Origin: Geosiphon pyriformis uo1
Lineage: Eukaryota; Fungi; Glomeromycota
Length of the DNA: 64,000 nucleotides
Assembly: GCA_016748015.1 (NCBI GenBank)
Contig: JAAOMT010000659.1
Location: 561,222-625,221, forward strand
Direction of reading: 5' to 3'
The notes beneath the pieces were generated by a model, which was not told where the DNA came from, did not search any database, and worked only from the letters and a program-made list of their open reading frames with translations. Of the stretch, positions 1 through 13,338 are shown piece by piece. Both the position numbers and the translations under genes were made by a program. Numbering within the stretch: position 1 is the first letter of the stretch; every line of letters starts with the position of its first letter.

Positions 1-189
1 GTTTTAATAATAATAAAGCTTAAATAGCCAAAAAAGCCAAAAAAACAATTTATTTATTTATGTAATAAATAAAACTTAATTATTATTTAGTATAAATCAA
101 AAACCAAATATTTTAAAATTAAATATAACTTATATATTATTTACATATAATTAATTACTTAAACTAATTAAAATTATAATTTAATTACA

Positions 190-2457
190 TTTTTTTGTTT
201 CTCTAATTTTATAATCATAACCAAAACAAAGAGTAAAAAAGCTGTATCTGATATCTTTCCTGAAATATCTAATAAAATTTCAACCAAAAAAGCTTTTTCT
301 GTTGTAAAAACAACTAAACAGAATGTTTCAAAAATCTTTTTTTTATCTAGTAATTATAAAAAGCTGTTTTTAGTAGCTACTAAAGCAACTTTTTCATCTT
401 TGATTAGTCTTTCACCAGTCAAAGTTCTTTTAAAGAAACACAATTGGATTAGTTTTAATGTTGTCTCTACCTTCTTAAAAAGCCCAAAAATTTTTAATAA
501 CAGATTAGTCAACAAATTGATTTTTTTTTCATAGCTTCTATACCAAGTGTTATTAGCATCTCTTTTTCAAAAAAAATGGTCAAAAAAACCAAGAGTTTAG
601 AAAAGTGGAAGCAGTTACTTGTCTCTGTTATTGTTACACCAAACCTTTTTGTGGTTTTCAATAAAATCTTACCTAAAATTTTTATAGCATCATCTAGTAT
701 ATCATTCAAGATAAGCCAAGATTAACTATTAGCTGTGTTGCTAAATATAGCATTTTCTGATAGATCATTACCAGTTTTAGAAGCAAAACAATTATTTTCT
801 GTAGTGTCACCTGTTCTTGAAAACTGGACTGACTAAATGGAAACTAAATTATTTTTTCTTCTGGTTTTTGGTATTGTTATTAGTGGTGCTTGGGAAATTA
901 TTGCTAGTTATCAAAAATTCATTAAGTAGGTGGTCTTTACTTTGGTGTCTAAAGCTACTTTTAAGATTAAATTGACTTATATTAAGGCTGTTTTTCAGTC
1001 TGTACATGATTTTTTAGGTGTAAAGTCAGTGTTAAAGGACAATGTGAAGCTTTTTTGTAGAGTTTGCTTCCTAAGTGTCTTTAAAAGCTGCATTTTTGGT
1101 TGAGCTTACAGATTTTGTTCATTTAATCTTCTTTAAAATTGCCAAGTTTCTGATGGTTTTTAAGTTTGGTTCCCTTTCTGTTACTATTATACTATGTAAT
1201 GTGTTTTTGAATATATCTGCTGCTAACATTAAGACAGCTTTCAGTATGTTTAGTAGTATTATTCATGTTGTGTTAAAGCCTGTTGACATTTGGTAATATG
1301 TGATTGTTTATTTTGAAAAGTTAGATTCTGTTATGTCTGCTTTAAATTATTGGTTAGTTTTAGTAAACAAAAATAGTATTAGAATCCTCTTTTTGGTAAA
1401 TCAAAATAAAACTATTCTGTTTTATAATAGATTTAAAACCAAGTTGATCAATCTTCTTTCTGGCTGCACAGTTTTTGAAATTAGTAATATGATTTTTCAG
1501 GTTGGAGGTCAAACATGTTTTATTTTTTGTTTTCTTGAGTTTTGTCAGTGTTTTCAGTTTGCTCTAGTTATATTTGGTTCTCAGATTAATTTGGATACTG
1601 TAGTACTTAAGATTGGTATGCTAAAGAAGTGCTGTATCTGGTAAAAAACTTCTGAAAATTGGTACTGTTTTCAGTGCCAAGATTCAGATTATTTGGCTTT
1701 GGATTGTAAAGTGTCTTTACATCTCTTTCTTAAAATTCTTAAGATGTTTATCTCTTGTGTTATTAGTAATACATTGTATGCCAAAGCTGTTGCTTCTGTG
1801 TCTCTTTTGATTGGTTCAGCTTTTTCTGCTAATGTAAAATTTGATAATTTTATGGTCTTTTCTTATTTGACTTTTTTGGAATTGGAGTTAGCCAAGCTTT
1901 CTACTTTGGTCAATTTTATTGTTAAGCCTGTTGGTTCCATGGTAAAAGTGTTTAAACAATTTGTTAATGGAAATTTGGTTTTAAGTAGTGCTCTTGGTTT
2001 TAAGGTCAATGAAGTTTTAGTACATATAAATTCTTTCAACAAAGTTGTTGGTAAGCTGAAATATGAGATGGTTGCTTTGAAAACTGAGTGTAGTTATGAA
2101 AATGTTGATATGTCTGGCCTTTATATAAGTTTGTTTTCTATTGATAATAATATGTTTTCTAATTTGATGTCTTTCTGGGAACATAAATCTGTTACTGTTA
2201 AGATTGATGCTTTTAAAATAGCTGAGTGGTTAATTATATTAGTTAATAATAGTACTATATTATTTAGAGTTGTTTAGAGAATGTTTTCTTTGAGTAAGTT
2301 TTCTTTTAGAGTATCAATATAGTATAGTTTAAACTGACTTAAATAGCTGATTACATATAGAAAGTACATAAATTATATTTAGTACTGGAATACTTAGTTT
2401 GTTTCTAATTTCTAGATAGTAGTTGGGCTTTGCTTGTTAAATTTTAATAAAAAAAAA
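190..2457 (+). mobile_element. Old, decayed ORF1-only non-autonomous LINE-like element (type A), LINE-a-type 3' tail, A-rich end
   Basis: Collinear with the element at 31527-33995 from the first codons (ataatcataaccaaaacaaagagtaaaaaa vs atgaccatgaatagagctaagagtaaaaaa) through the RRM-like segments (FKTKLINLLSGCTVFEISNMIFQVGGQTCFI), a decayed CCHC and the C-terminal domain. Stop ~2320-2322, then tail and poly(A). No RT. Confidence 0.8.
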
Positions 2458-2823
2458 TTATATTATATATTTATATTAATTATAATATTATTATTTAAAC
2501 CAAAAAAAATAAACAAAATTTATATAGCATAAAAAAATTTCAAATATTTTAATAATACTAAACATATAAACTATTTTAATAGACAAAATTATTAATAAAC
2601 TATAAATCAGAAAAAACACAAAATTAATATTATTTATTTAACTATTTTTTTCTATTTTAATTTTAAATTTAGATCTAATTAACCAAATTTTTTTTATTTT
2701 ATTTTATTTTACGAGTGAGGTCTAAACATGACCTAGTGCTATACACCATACAAATGATCTAAACTAGGTGCAAATCATGTACTTTCTACATGTGACCAGC
2801 CACTCGGGCCAGTCAGAACTACA

Positions 2824-5800
2824 CTACACACCTATATGCACAAAAACTGAATCTTCAATACCTGAAAAAAATAGAAAAAACTTACGAAACCCGAAACCAA
2901 CTCCAAAAGCCTCAGCCACCCCCAGCAATCTGACCACACCAGCCGAGAACACCATAGGCAAACCAGAAACTGAAGCAGGAGTGGAGCCATCACGTGGAAT
3001 CAAACTGTGCTTTTCCATAAATGCTCAGTGTTTGGCCTGAACTAACCAAACATCATCCCGAAATGCTAGACAAAACTCATGCACAAAGCTTACAATCCTC
3101 TTAGCACCCTCCTTAGAATCTTTAAAGACCGAGACAGACTCACGAAACCATTCATCAAAAACAAAGCCCTTACACAGAGCAACACCAACTCCAACCTCAG
3201 AAACACAAGAAGCCAAGGCCTGTGAAACACATAAAGAAGAGCGAGACAGACCAGAAAGAGCCTCCCAAGCTGAAGCATGTGCACCCAACAACCGAACACG
3301 GCCAACGGCATCCTGAGAACATGAAAAAACATGATCCGAGGTCTCAACGTCACCACAAAACAGACAGACCACACTGGGGTATCTCCTATTATATAAATGC
3401 TTGTGCACAGCAACAGGAAGCTGATGATGGAGAGCCTTCATAAAGTAAGTACGACAGCCTGCCGTGCACATGCTGGTAAAACCAGATGCCAAGTGAGAAT
3501 CAGGGTGCCACACCATAAAAGACTTAGACCAATTGATATTAGCACGCAAACTATCATCCACAACACAAGAACCCACTCCAATCTCCCAACGAGCTCAATG
3601 AACTGACCGGAAAACATCACGAACAAAGTGTCTAGAATTACCAAAAACTGCTGTACCACCAGCACACAGAAAATGTTTACTGACTAAATAAGGTAGGCAC
3701 CAAGCAGAGAGAGCAGCACCTTTGGCAAGTGCATCAGCATGCTCATTGTCTGAGACACCTGAATGATTTTTCACCTTAACCCAGTTCACATCCAAATTTT
3801 TTTGATGAATGATGGTGGCAATGTGATGACGCTTGATCCAACAGCGGTTCCTGAAATCCGGACGAACCAGCAAAGACTCTGACCTACATGCATCCAACGC
3901 AGCCTGGCTATCTGAGAACAAGTCAATCAAACGAGAAAAAGGAACACACTCAAAGGCCAAAGCTATGGCCTGCAGTTCTGTAAGAGTAGAAGAAACCAAA
4001 CCAGACATCCCAACATCCAAACCCAAGTTAATGTCCTCAAAAAAAATGGCAGCACCTGCTTTCATGTCAACAGTGCCCAGACCAGAAAAAGATCCATCCG
4101 TATACACAGAAAGGCGGGCAGCATCAATGGTCGGCAAAGTGTCATAAATCACACCAAAATCATGAGAAAGATGAATATCAGACACAGCATGACCATCCAC
4201 CAAAGAAGAACTTGAGGAGAAAGACACAACGCTACCAAGAAAGCGAATGGAAAGTTTAAACCAGAAAGAGACTGGGCCATGAGGGTCCAGCCTCTTCCAA
4301 TGCTTGAAGGTCCCCCAACTGAAAACATCACCATTACAGTCACGAAGCTGTTCCACGAAAACAATTCTATAACGCCTGAGCAAAGAGATGCACTTGAAAA
4401 AACAGGATTTACCAAGAACCAAAGACATAGGAGTACCACACTGACGACGAAAAGCACAAGCTAGAAGGCCTTCCAAAGACAAATCACACCCAGAAAAAAT
4501 GTGAACCACACCTGCCAAAAAATTATCCGAGAGACTAATACCAACACGAGCCGGAAACAGCAAGGGATGACGAGGATGCCAGCTGAGAATCTGGAGGTTA
4601 TGAGACCTATGAGAAAACAAGTGACCCAAGACACCAGTAGAATTTGCAAAAGCAACAACGAAGGCCGATTTACTTTCAGCCTGGATCTGTTCGAAAGTTT
4701 TTAAATTGTACAAAGAGGGGTGATGAAATGCATCACTGGGGAAATCATGTGGCAATCCAGACTTGGACTTTAAGACCTTGCATACCAAAGCATCCCATTT
4801 ACTACAAATACCAACAGAAACGAAACTGAACTGAGTTCTGTAGCAGATGATAGGAAAGAGAACTGCAGACACCAAATATGCACACTGTTTGTCCGAAATC
4901 GCCTTTCTCAAAACAAGATTCACAAAAAACCGTACATTAGCCTGAGCTTTAGCCAAGCTAGGCTTCGAAAGACCCTCAGAAGACAAAAAAATACCCAAAT
5001 AGCGATGAGATTCCCCTCTTTTGGCAATGGAAATAGGCGCACCACTGATAGTTAAATAAGAATCCAGCACCCAGCAATTGATGGAGATGGCCACCGTTTT
5101 TTAAATCTAAAAAACTCACTAGCAATATCAAGGATGCGTTGTGTAGCAGCCTGGCTGCTACCAACCCAAATAGTATCATCGACAAAAGCACCAGCAGCAA
5201 GAAACAAAGACAGTCCAGCTTGAGAATCCACCTGGCCAGTTCTTGATATGAAATGAGAATTCAACTTGTAGCTATACACACTATCCTGTTTCTTGACCTT
5301 GCACAAAAGTGAATCATAAAAAATATGCTAGAGAAGAGGTGAGAAGACTTCTCCCTGATCCAGCCCATCATGGACACAATACTCATTAGTCAAGCCAAAG
5401 TCAGTCATCACTCTGTTGATGCAACCATTGTAAATACTGCCAAAAAATCTAATAAATCTGTCACACATTTTGATCCTGACTAGATTTCTCCTAAGATGTT
5501 TCCAATCCACTGAGTCATAAGCCTTGTGCATGTCCTGTAAAACCAGCCAAAGTTTACAGTTCTTCTCCAAGGCATCCTCAACCACAGAACTGATAGCAAA
5601 AATGGGAGATTGCGTCATCGTACCCTTCAAAACCGAAAAATTGTCCCCACAAAAAACATCAAAAATGCTGCAAGCCAGAAAGATCTTATCTAAAAGAATC
5701 TTGGAGAGAATCTTGTAGGCCGTTTCAATTAAAGCTATAGGATGGGTGTTTGTGAGAACTCTTTCTCATTCATATGGTTTAGGAATCATTGAAACTCAGG

Positions 5801-7490
5801 CTTCTTTCCAAGGCCCAGGGACTGACTCGTCAACCAAACAGAAATTCAAGAGCACCAAAAGCATATCCAAAACAGATTTGTCACAATGTTTTTATTATTC
5901 GTTGGAGATACCAGAAAGACCAGCCGCTTTTCCATCAGGAAGATCCTCAACAACAGCTGACAACTCATCAAAACTAATTGAACACATGACATTAGAAAAA
6001 GCACCATCGAACATGTACTCCAGAGGCCGATATTAACGAGCCCAATCCTCAGATAAGTCAAACACTACCTCACATTTTCTGGTCCATCCCTCCATAATAT
6101 CATCCATCTTAGACTTAACCAAATCAGGCTCCAAAATCAACTCATCATCCACAACCAAATGATCCAGGACCACCTTGTGAAATGGATGCTCCAAGACACT
6201 CCTAATGGTGTGACCCTTGTTCAGCTCAAAACTCTCCATTCTCCTATTAATAGTCTGCTTGATAGAAAATTCCTCAGCGCGCTTAGATTCCGATAATTTA
6301 AGAAAGTGGTATGATTTTCTTGCTTTGGCCAGCGCAGAACAAATAAGATCAAAATTAGAATCTGAAAGAAACAGAGACTTAACCACCAATGTGCCAGGGG
6401 AGTCGAGTCTGTGCCACACCTCCAACAAAGAAGCAAAACCATCACTAGAAGCCAAATGCGAAGCCTTGACCAACTTAGAAACCAGCAGCTCTAGCTTGTG
6501 AAACCTAGAAAAAGTCTTAGTAAACACGTTATCAAAACCTTTGAACCATTTTTTCTTAAATATACCACCCGCTGAAAGAACCAAAATCTTGTGAACAATG
6601 TCCCACATAGTGTCCACATCTGAAAATCTTACTGCCACACCAAAAACATCCGAGAACATGGAGACATTAGCAGCTGAGGCATCTCTGAACTCCAACCACT
6701 TAGCTTTACTGGCACTTTTGATGTCAAACTTCCAACGGTCTTTATTTGCTTGCTTGCGAAGAGAATTCAAACACGTATCCAAGAGCCCACCCAAACCCAA
6801 ATCCACTGAAACAGCTTGATGGTCTGTGTCAAAATGCTCACTGACATTCAAAACTTCACGATGCACTATTGCATTGACAAGACTCGAGGAGACAAACACG
6901 TAATCAATTGTTTTCTTAACACCCCTAGAATTTTCCCAAGTGGGCATTTTTGCAGCCAGGCTATCAACTAAAAAATTGACTAGACCCAAATCAAAGCATC
7001 TTTTGAAACTTGCACATTTATGAGAGCTGTCTTCATTAAAATCACCACCGAGAATGATGAAAGAAGATTCGTTGACAGCCTTTGCAATAAGAGAATTGAT
7101 TTCACCAGCTTGAAAGAACCAAACCACCAAAGAAGCACCAGCATAAAGCCCCAAAATTAACACAGAAAGTTTGCCCTTGAAAAGTAATTTAATGGAAAGG
7201 AGCCGACCAGGCACCTCAGAAATTTTGCACACATAACAAGCCAAAGAAACGTCCATGATAACAGCAACACCCGCACCCAAGTGACCAGAGTCCAAACCAG
7301 AAGTGAACACTCGGACACCATCGAACTTGTTTGCAATCCACAGACAAACCCTACTTCTTAATTTCATTTCAGTAATGATAGTGACCAAATTGTTTATTTC
7401 CTTATGCCACCTAATAATGTCCTCTTGCTTAGTGAGATTGTTCATGCCTCTGACGTTGCACGTAGCAACTTTCCAGACTAAACTGCTCAT
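2824..7490 (-). pseudogene. LINE-a ORF2: AP endonuclease, RT, RNase H, C-terminal zinc finger
   Basis: APE: TCNVRG, ILGGDFNE, IDYVFVS, TDHQAV. RT: QDMHKAYDSV, GLDQGEVFSP, AFVDD, YLG. RNase H: YTDGS, ELQAI, SDSQ, HSG..DNEHADALA. Zinc finger: CLFCGDVETSDHVFSC. Broken by stops and frameshifts. Confidence 0.93.
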
Positions 7491-9280
7491 TGGGTGAGGG
7501 GTAAAGAAACCGAAAACACACCTATACTATCCACTTTGGCCAAAAGACCCAGAACTGTCTCCATTAGACACTTCATGCTGTCTTCCAGCTTAGACACTGA
7601 AGACATATCAAAAGACACCGCCCCCATGACATTCCTACCACTAGTGGACACACCCGAACTCTCACTCATCACTACATCCACCCCTTGATCCTGTGATGAA
7701 GAGGTCACCAATGGCTGACATCCAGGGCTAGGCTGGAGAACCATTGGCCCGAATACATTCAACCTTTTAGCCAGCTTACCAACTTGCTCCGCGAGACTGG
7801 CAAGACTGCGCTCAAGAGCGGCAAACCTATCATTGACTTCCATCGCAACCTGTTGGGACAGCTTCATCTCTGAAGAGGAGCCATTATTCACCACAACATT
7901 CTGACTAGAGAGGGGGGGCGAAAAACACCTGCGAGCAACCTTTGTCTAAGAGAAACCACCAAAAGAGACCGGATGGGCAACTGGAGCCGAGCATTTGGCA
8001 TAGATGGTTGCTAGCCTGCTTTTATCTGTATCTGAGAAAACCCTACGCAGTGAACTACTAGAAGAAAATTTCCCACCAATTGCACAACCCAATAACATGT
8101 GACCCAATTTTTTACACTTGGCGTATTTAGCAGAAATGAGGCAAGACCAGCGGAGATTGGTGTTTCTGAGTACTGGCGTGGTTCCCACAGCAGCATTCAA
8201 TGATTCAGCAGAGTCAAAACAAACAACAGCACACCTGGCCCAAGCATATGTAACAGAATGATGATCAATGACGCACGTTTTTCCACCTACAGATCTAACA
8301 AAGTCTCAGATATCATAAGTGGTGGTCCCCATTGGCAATGTGTAGAGCAGCGCCCTATGTTGGTCCCTTACATCTCATGCTTCCTTGTCTGAATCAGCCC
8401 TAGCCACATGTACAGCATCTTTCCCGATTAAGATGGACCACTCAGCTGCAGCCAAATCAGCTTGATCCGATCGTTCGAATTCCACTATCGCCTTCTGTCA
8501 CAGCCTGATTAACTGCATCTTGATCGCCTTAATAACTCCAAACTTGGATAGCGCAGCACGCACAGCCTCAGCCGATGTCCCAACTGGAATTTCTTTCATG
8601 ACCACAGCCCGATCTGATCATTCAGATGATCTCTTAAGATCAGTGTTTACCAAGATATTCACACCAGTAGCTTTTTCAGTGGCCTTCATTAGACCCGATT
8701 CGGAAGTGAATGTCACTTTGATGATCCCTGAGAATTTTGAGGGGGTAGATGCCCCTCCAAAACCATTAATTCCTGAAAATAAATTTCTGATCTTTTTGAG
8801 CTTTTCCTGGGCCAAATTTCCTTCTACTACTTTCAGATCCAAATCCAAAGCAAACAACTTTCTAATAGAAACATTGACCAGATTCTTAAGAGGAGGGGGA
8901 AGCACCAGAGGGACATCCAGAAGAACATCATCATCATCATTGCCATCCAGGAAGTTGATTTTTCCCAAAGGCTTTCCCAATGTTTTCCTAGTTGTCACCC
9001 GCAAACCTTTTGGCATTTGATCCAAATTTCCACCAACGAGCGCACCACCTTCACCATAATCGAAACTTGTTTTCTCTACAAGACACTCCTCTTCCATATC
9101 AACACTGTCAGATTCTGTGGTATCACCAGTCTCCGAACCCCATGAATGACCACTTTGCATCTTAGCAGAATCCTCTTTAGCACCAGCATTGTCTTCAAGA
9201 ACACTGCCTTTTCTCTTTTTTCTTGACAGAACAGCCTTGAAACCACTCACAGAGCCAGAACTTTCAACTATCTTTTTCAT
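7487..9280 (-). pseudogene. LINE-a ORF1 (RRM-like domains, decayed CCHC knuckle, coiled coil), in-frame stops
   Basis: Same-frame fragments 8618-9280, 7946-8200, 7487-7894; AVRAALSKFG..., YAKCKKLGHMLLGC, RFAALERSLASLAEQVGKL. Confidence 0.85.
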
Positions 9281-9894
9281 GGCAGCAATACTAGGGCCAA
9301 CAACGGTCTCATAATCAAGCAGAAACAGTTTGGATTTATCGTACTGAATGGTAAAAAACTTCTTTCAAAAAACTTTTGACTCTTTTTTGGGATTTGTGGA
9401 GGAACGAGAGAAAGAAGTCTATTTATTTTTTTAACAAAATTTCTTTGGTCCCAAATTTTGCTTTAATAACTAATTATTAAATTGTAAATAAACACAATTA
9501 ATTTAAAAATATTAATTTTAATATTATTAAAAATTAAATAATTATTTTTTAAAAATAATATTCTTATATAAAACTATATATATCTTATTATTAAATATAT
9601 TAAAAAATAATATTTGTAATATTAAAAAGAATAAAATATATTAATCATAAACTTTTTAAAATTAAAGTAAATTCTTAATTATTTTATTACAATATATATA
9701 TTAAATATTAAAATACAACTTGTTAAACAATTATTTATAAACTAAAATAAGTAATTTTATATATATTATTTTTATAATATAAGTATATAAATTATTTAAA
9801 AATTTATTTATAAAATTAAATATTATATGTTTATTAAAATATTATATTAAAAACATATAAATTTAATTAATATCTTTAATTATAAATTTTATTA

Positions 9895-10555
9895 TTATTA
9901 TTATTATGGTTTAATGAGTAAGATCCAATTACTATTTAGAGATATACAACATATATACATTATAAACTAAATACAATTTATGCACTTGTTACATATAATC
10001 AGCCACTTAAACTGAACAAAACTACACTATGTATTTGTCATTACCATCTACTTATCATCCAAACCTGAAAAGAACAGACATTTACAGCACAAACCAGAAT
10101 ACACACCCTAAATCTTATCAACACTAAGTAACATAATTACTCTATTATTCAAATTGCTTATACCTTTGGTATTATTAGGGAAAACATTATTATTGACAGC
10201 TAAAAACTCTTTTTTCTCAACATTTATCCTGCATTTGGTTCTGTGGCACCATATTTCAAACCTGTAGGTTAATGCCAGACATCTTACAAATACTACAATT
10301 TGGGCATTAGCTAATTTAGATTCACCAAAAATTATTACAATTTCATGATATTAACTTGTAGGCACCAAACTCCTAACCAAAAAAAAATACAAACCAGTAT
10401 TTTTTCCACAGTAAGACAAATCCTGGATAACATTAGAAGAAGGCACATCAATACCAAGTACAGACAACCACTTTTAACTAAACTTAGATAAGACACTGCT
10501 ATAAATAAAACTATTAGAATTACACTCAAAAGCATAATTATAAGTGTTAATTTCA
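9895..10555 (-). mobile_element. Decayed 5'-truncated LINE-a-like remnant (ORF2 C-terminus + 3' tail)
   Basis: Tail tagtgtagttttgttcagtttaagtggctgattatatgtaacaagtgcat... aligns with the LINE-a tail; ...FFSGLD-like C-terminus. Confidence 0.65.
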
Positions 10556-10684
10556 TTGTAAAATATATATCTTATACTTAAATATGATTTGCAATACAGA
10601 TTATAAATTTATTAATAATATTAACACCAAATCTAATTTTTTAATAAATATAACAAATAAACTTATAAATATTATAAACCAAAT

Positions 10685-11690
10685 ATTATTTTATTATTAT
10701 TATAAGATTTAATGAATAAAGTCCAACTGCTATCTAGTATATAGAACCAGACTAAGTAAATCAAACTAAATACAGTTCACACATTAACTATATATGACCA
10801 CTCACTTAAGCCAGTCAAGGCAATATTATATGTCTATATTAATAAAAGTATCACCATCTAAACCAGAAAAAAAATAACATATCTTGTGTTTACCAAAACT
10901 AACAGCAAAAGATTCCATAATACCAAGCATATGAATCACCCCATCTAACAATATAGACATTACACAGTAAGACAAGCCCATAATTAAGCCATTATTTTTG
11001 ACCAAACTAGTCTTTTTTATATCTACCCTATGTTTAGACTTAATTAGCCACACTTTTGTGTGATATAACTCCACTACAAACTAAATATAATTAACCAAAG
11101 CCAGAAAAATCTTTTTTTTTTCTCAAAAACCAGAACAGTTTCAGCATATTAATCTCTTAATACAAAGTTTTTGCAAATTGCAGTGTACAAAATCATATTT
11201 GAAGCACACATTGAAAGTAAATGCAAAACAACAGAAGTAGACAAGCAAAAAAAATCTGTCAATGACACCTATTTTTTAGCAGCTTTAGCTAAAATGTTTT
11301 CATGAAGACCAATGTTATCAAAACAAGTAAAAACATGATCAGACAACTCCATCTTGCCATACAGCAAGCACAGTACTTCAGGATAATTTTTATTATATAA
11401 CTTCTTCTTAATTGCTACTGGCAGTTGTCTATGTACTGCTTTCATTATATATGTGTACAGATTAGCTGATTTTTTATTAGTAAATTTAGAGAGCATATGT
11501 GAGTTAGAATGCTAAATTATCATAGTAGTAGTTCAATTTATTTCTTTAATCATAATACTTGAAACAACATTAAAACTAGGACTAATCTCCCAATGAGCAT
11601 GGCAAATTAACTGGTACAGATCACAAACAAAATAATGAGTATTACCAAATACAGCAGTATTCTTAGCAACCAAAAACTGTTTTCAAATTC
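10685..11690 (-). mobile_element. Decayed 5'-truncated LINE-a-like remnant
   Basis: YTYIMKAVHRQLPVAIKKKLYNKNYPEVLCLLYGKMELSDHVFTC and ...FFSGLDGDTFINIDI match the LINE-a ORF2 C-terminus; tail present. Confidence 0.8.
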
Positions 11691-11996
11691 TTTATTTGTT
11701 TATAGAGCAAAAAAAAAGTTCATAACTTGTTATGTCATAATTTATAATCTTATAAATAAACAAAACCAAAGACAGCACTTTGTTTTATAAATTTGTTTTT
11801 TTACTTGTTTTAATTAATGTTATATATAGTGTTCTGTTAAAACATTCCACTAAGTCATTTGTTTGAAAGTAGTAAAGAGAAAAGAGTTTATAACATATTC
11901 TCATTTTTCTACAAAGTTTTTCAACCAGTATATCAAGAAAAGCTCTTTTTCTATTAGATAAAAGTTTTTTAGAACAGTCATAAGGGCAAATAATAT
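11691..11996 (-). pseudogene. Decayed gypsy-1 integrase core fragment
   Basis: KLLSNRKRAF...QTNDLVECFNRTL, homologous to the IN of Z. Confidence 0.8.
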
Positions 11997-12250
11997 TGTT
12001 ATAGTTAAAACTCATATTTTTTATTAGTTATCATATGTATTAGCCATTGATGTCATATAATTAGTCATCCTATTTTTAGATAGTAATCATTAATTTGATC
12101 AATAACCTGATCATTAACTTGATTATTGATCTAATTATTAACTTAGTTATTGACTATTTTCAATAACTATATAAGCAATAAGTCTCTTAACTATAGAAAA
12201 ACATAATCAAAATAATAAAATAAAATCTACTATCAATTATTTCTTCTTAT
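11997..12250 (+). repeat. Truncated gypsy-1 LTR (U3 part), interrupted by a second LTR
   Basis: Starts TGTTATAG; decayed 12-mer array and TATATAA. Confidence 0.8.
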
Positions 12251-13338
12251 TGTTATGATTGAAATCTATACTTCTTATTAATTATCATATGTATTAGCCA
12301 TTAATATCATATAATTAGCCATTCTATTTTTAGATAGTGATTATTGAACTGATTAATGACCTGATTGTTGACTTGATCATTGACCTAATCATTGATCTAA
12401 TCATTGGCCACTTTTGATAACTATATAAGCAATGAATCTTTTAGCTGTAGAAAAGCATATAAAAATCAAAAAAATAAAGAAATAAAATAACAACTTTACC
12501 TCAATCCTTTTCTTATTGCTAATTTCTCTTTTCTTACCTTTAAGTATTTAAACATCTTAAAGATAAAAAATTACTTATTGGTTATTTCCTAACCTTTTCC
12601 TGAAACATATAATTGAAGCATTTGAAGATTATTAAAACATGACTAAAGAGTATATTTGATACTTAATATTGTATTTTAAGAGTGCTAATATGAGACATAG
12701 AATTATACCAGAGTGTAATCATTTGTTGACAGTATAGACTATCCCTTTACTTTCAGATTTTCTGGTTATCTTTTGAAAAGTATAGTAACTGAAATATTTT
12801 ATGAGACTGATTTTGCACATTAAATTTATACTCATTTAATTCATTCTTTGAAATTGAATTCTCTTTGATTCTTTTCATTACTCTACAATCCTGTTCTCCC
12901 TTGCTATTTATTAGCTTGTTATTTTAACTCATAACATAAAAATAGTGCTTCCTGTAAGGTTGTCAAAATTCACTTTGTTTCTTATTATATGGGTGATTAT
13001 TTATACCTGCCACAACAATTAGAAAAACACTTTGAAGCATACAATAAAAACAATCTAGACTTTATTGAACTTAATTCTTTGTCCTCTTGCTTGATTTGCT
13101 TCTACATTAAAGAACAATCCAGCAAACAATTTCAAGACTTTTGGAACTAGTTCCTAAATAAGCATTCAGCTGAAACCTACACAGCTTATACAACCTATTA
13201 CTTTGACCAAGCTTATTTTGAAAACAACTTTAAAAAAAGAAACAACAGCATTAATTAGTTTTTATATTCCACAACCTTTGAACAACAGCCTCCTGATTTT
13301 GAATACCTAAATCACCAAATTTACATTTGGATTGCTGC
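12251..13338 (+). mobile_element. Gypsy-1 5' fragment: LTR (12251-12936), decayed PBS, start of gag
   Basis: TGTTATG...ATAACA, taaaaatagtgcttcctgtaagg, MGDYLYLPQQ...; cut at 13339 by the gypsy-2 LTR. Confidence 0.85.

Larger units (their letters stand above)
2688..9420 (-). mobile_element. LINE-a, near full-length non-LTR retrotransposon (ORF1 + APE-RT-RNase H-CCHC ORF2), (TAAAA)n tail
   Basis: Two consecutive ORFs with the expected domains, a 3' UTR at 2712-2823 and an A-rich tail at ~2688-2711. 5' boundary approximate. Confidence 0.92.

Noticed and set aside
2770-2820. Hammerhead ribozyme in the LINE-a tail (CUGA...GAAA)
   Set aside because: The core is CUGACUG, not CUGANGA, and the stem topology does not fit.
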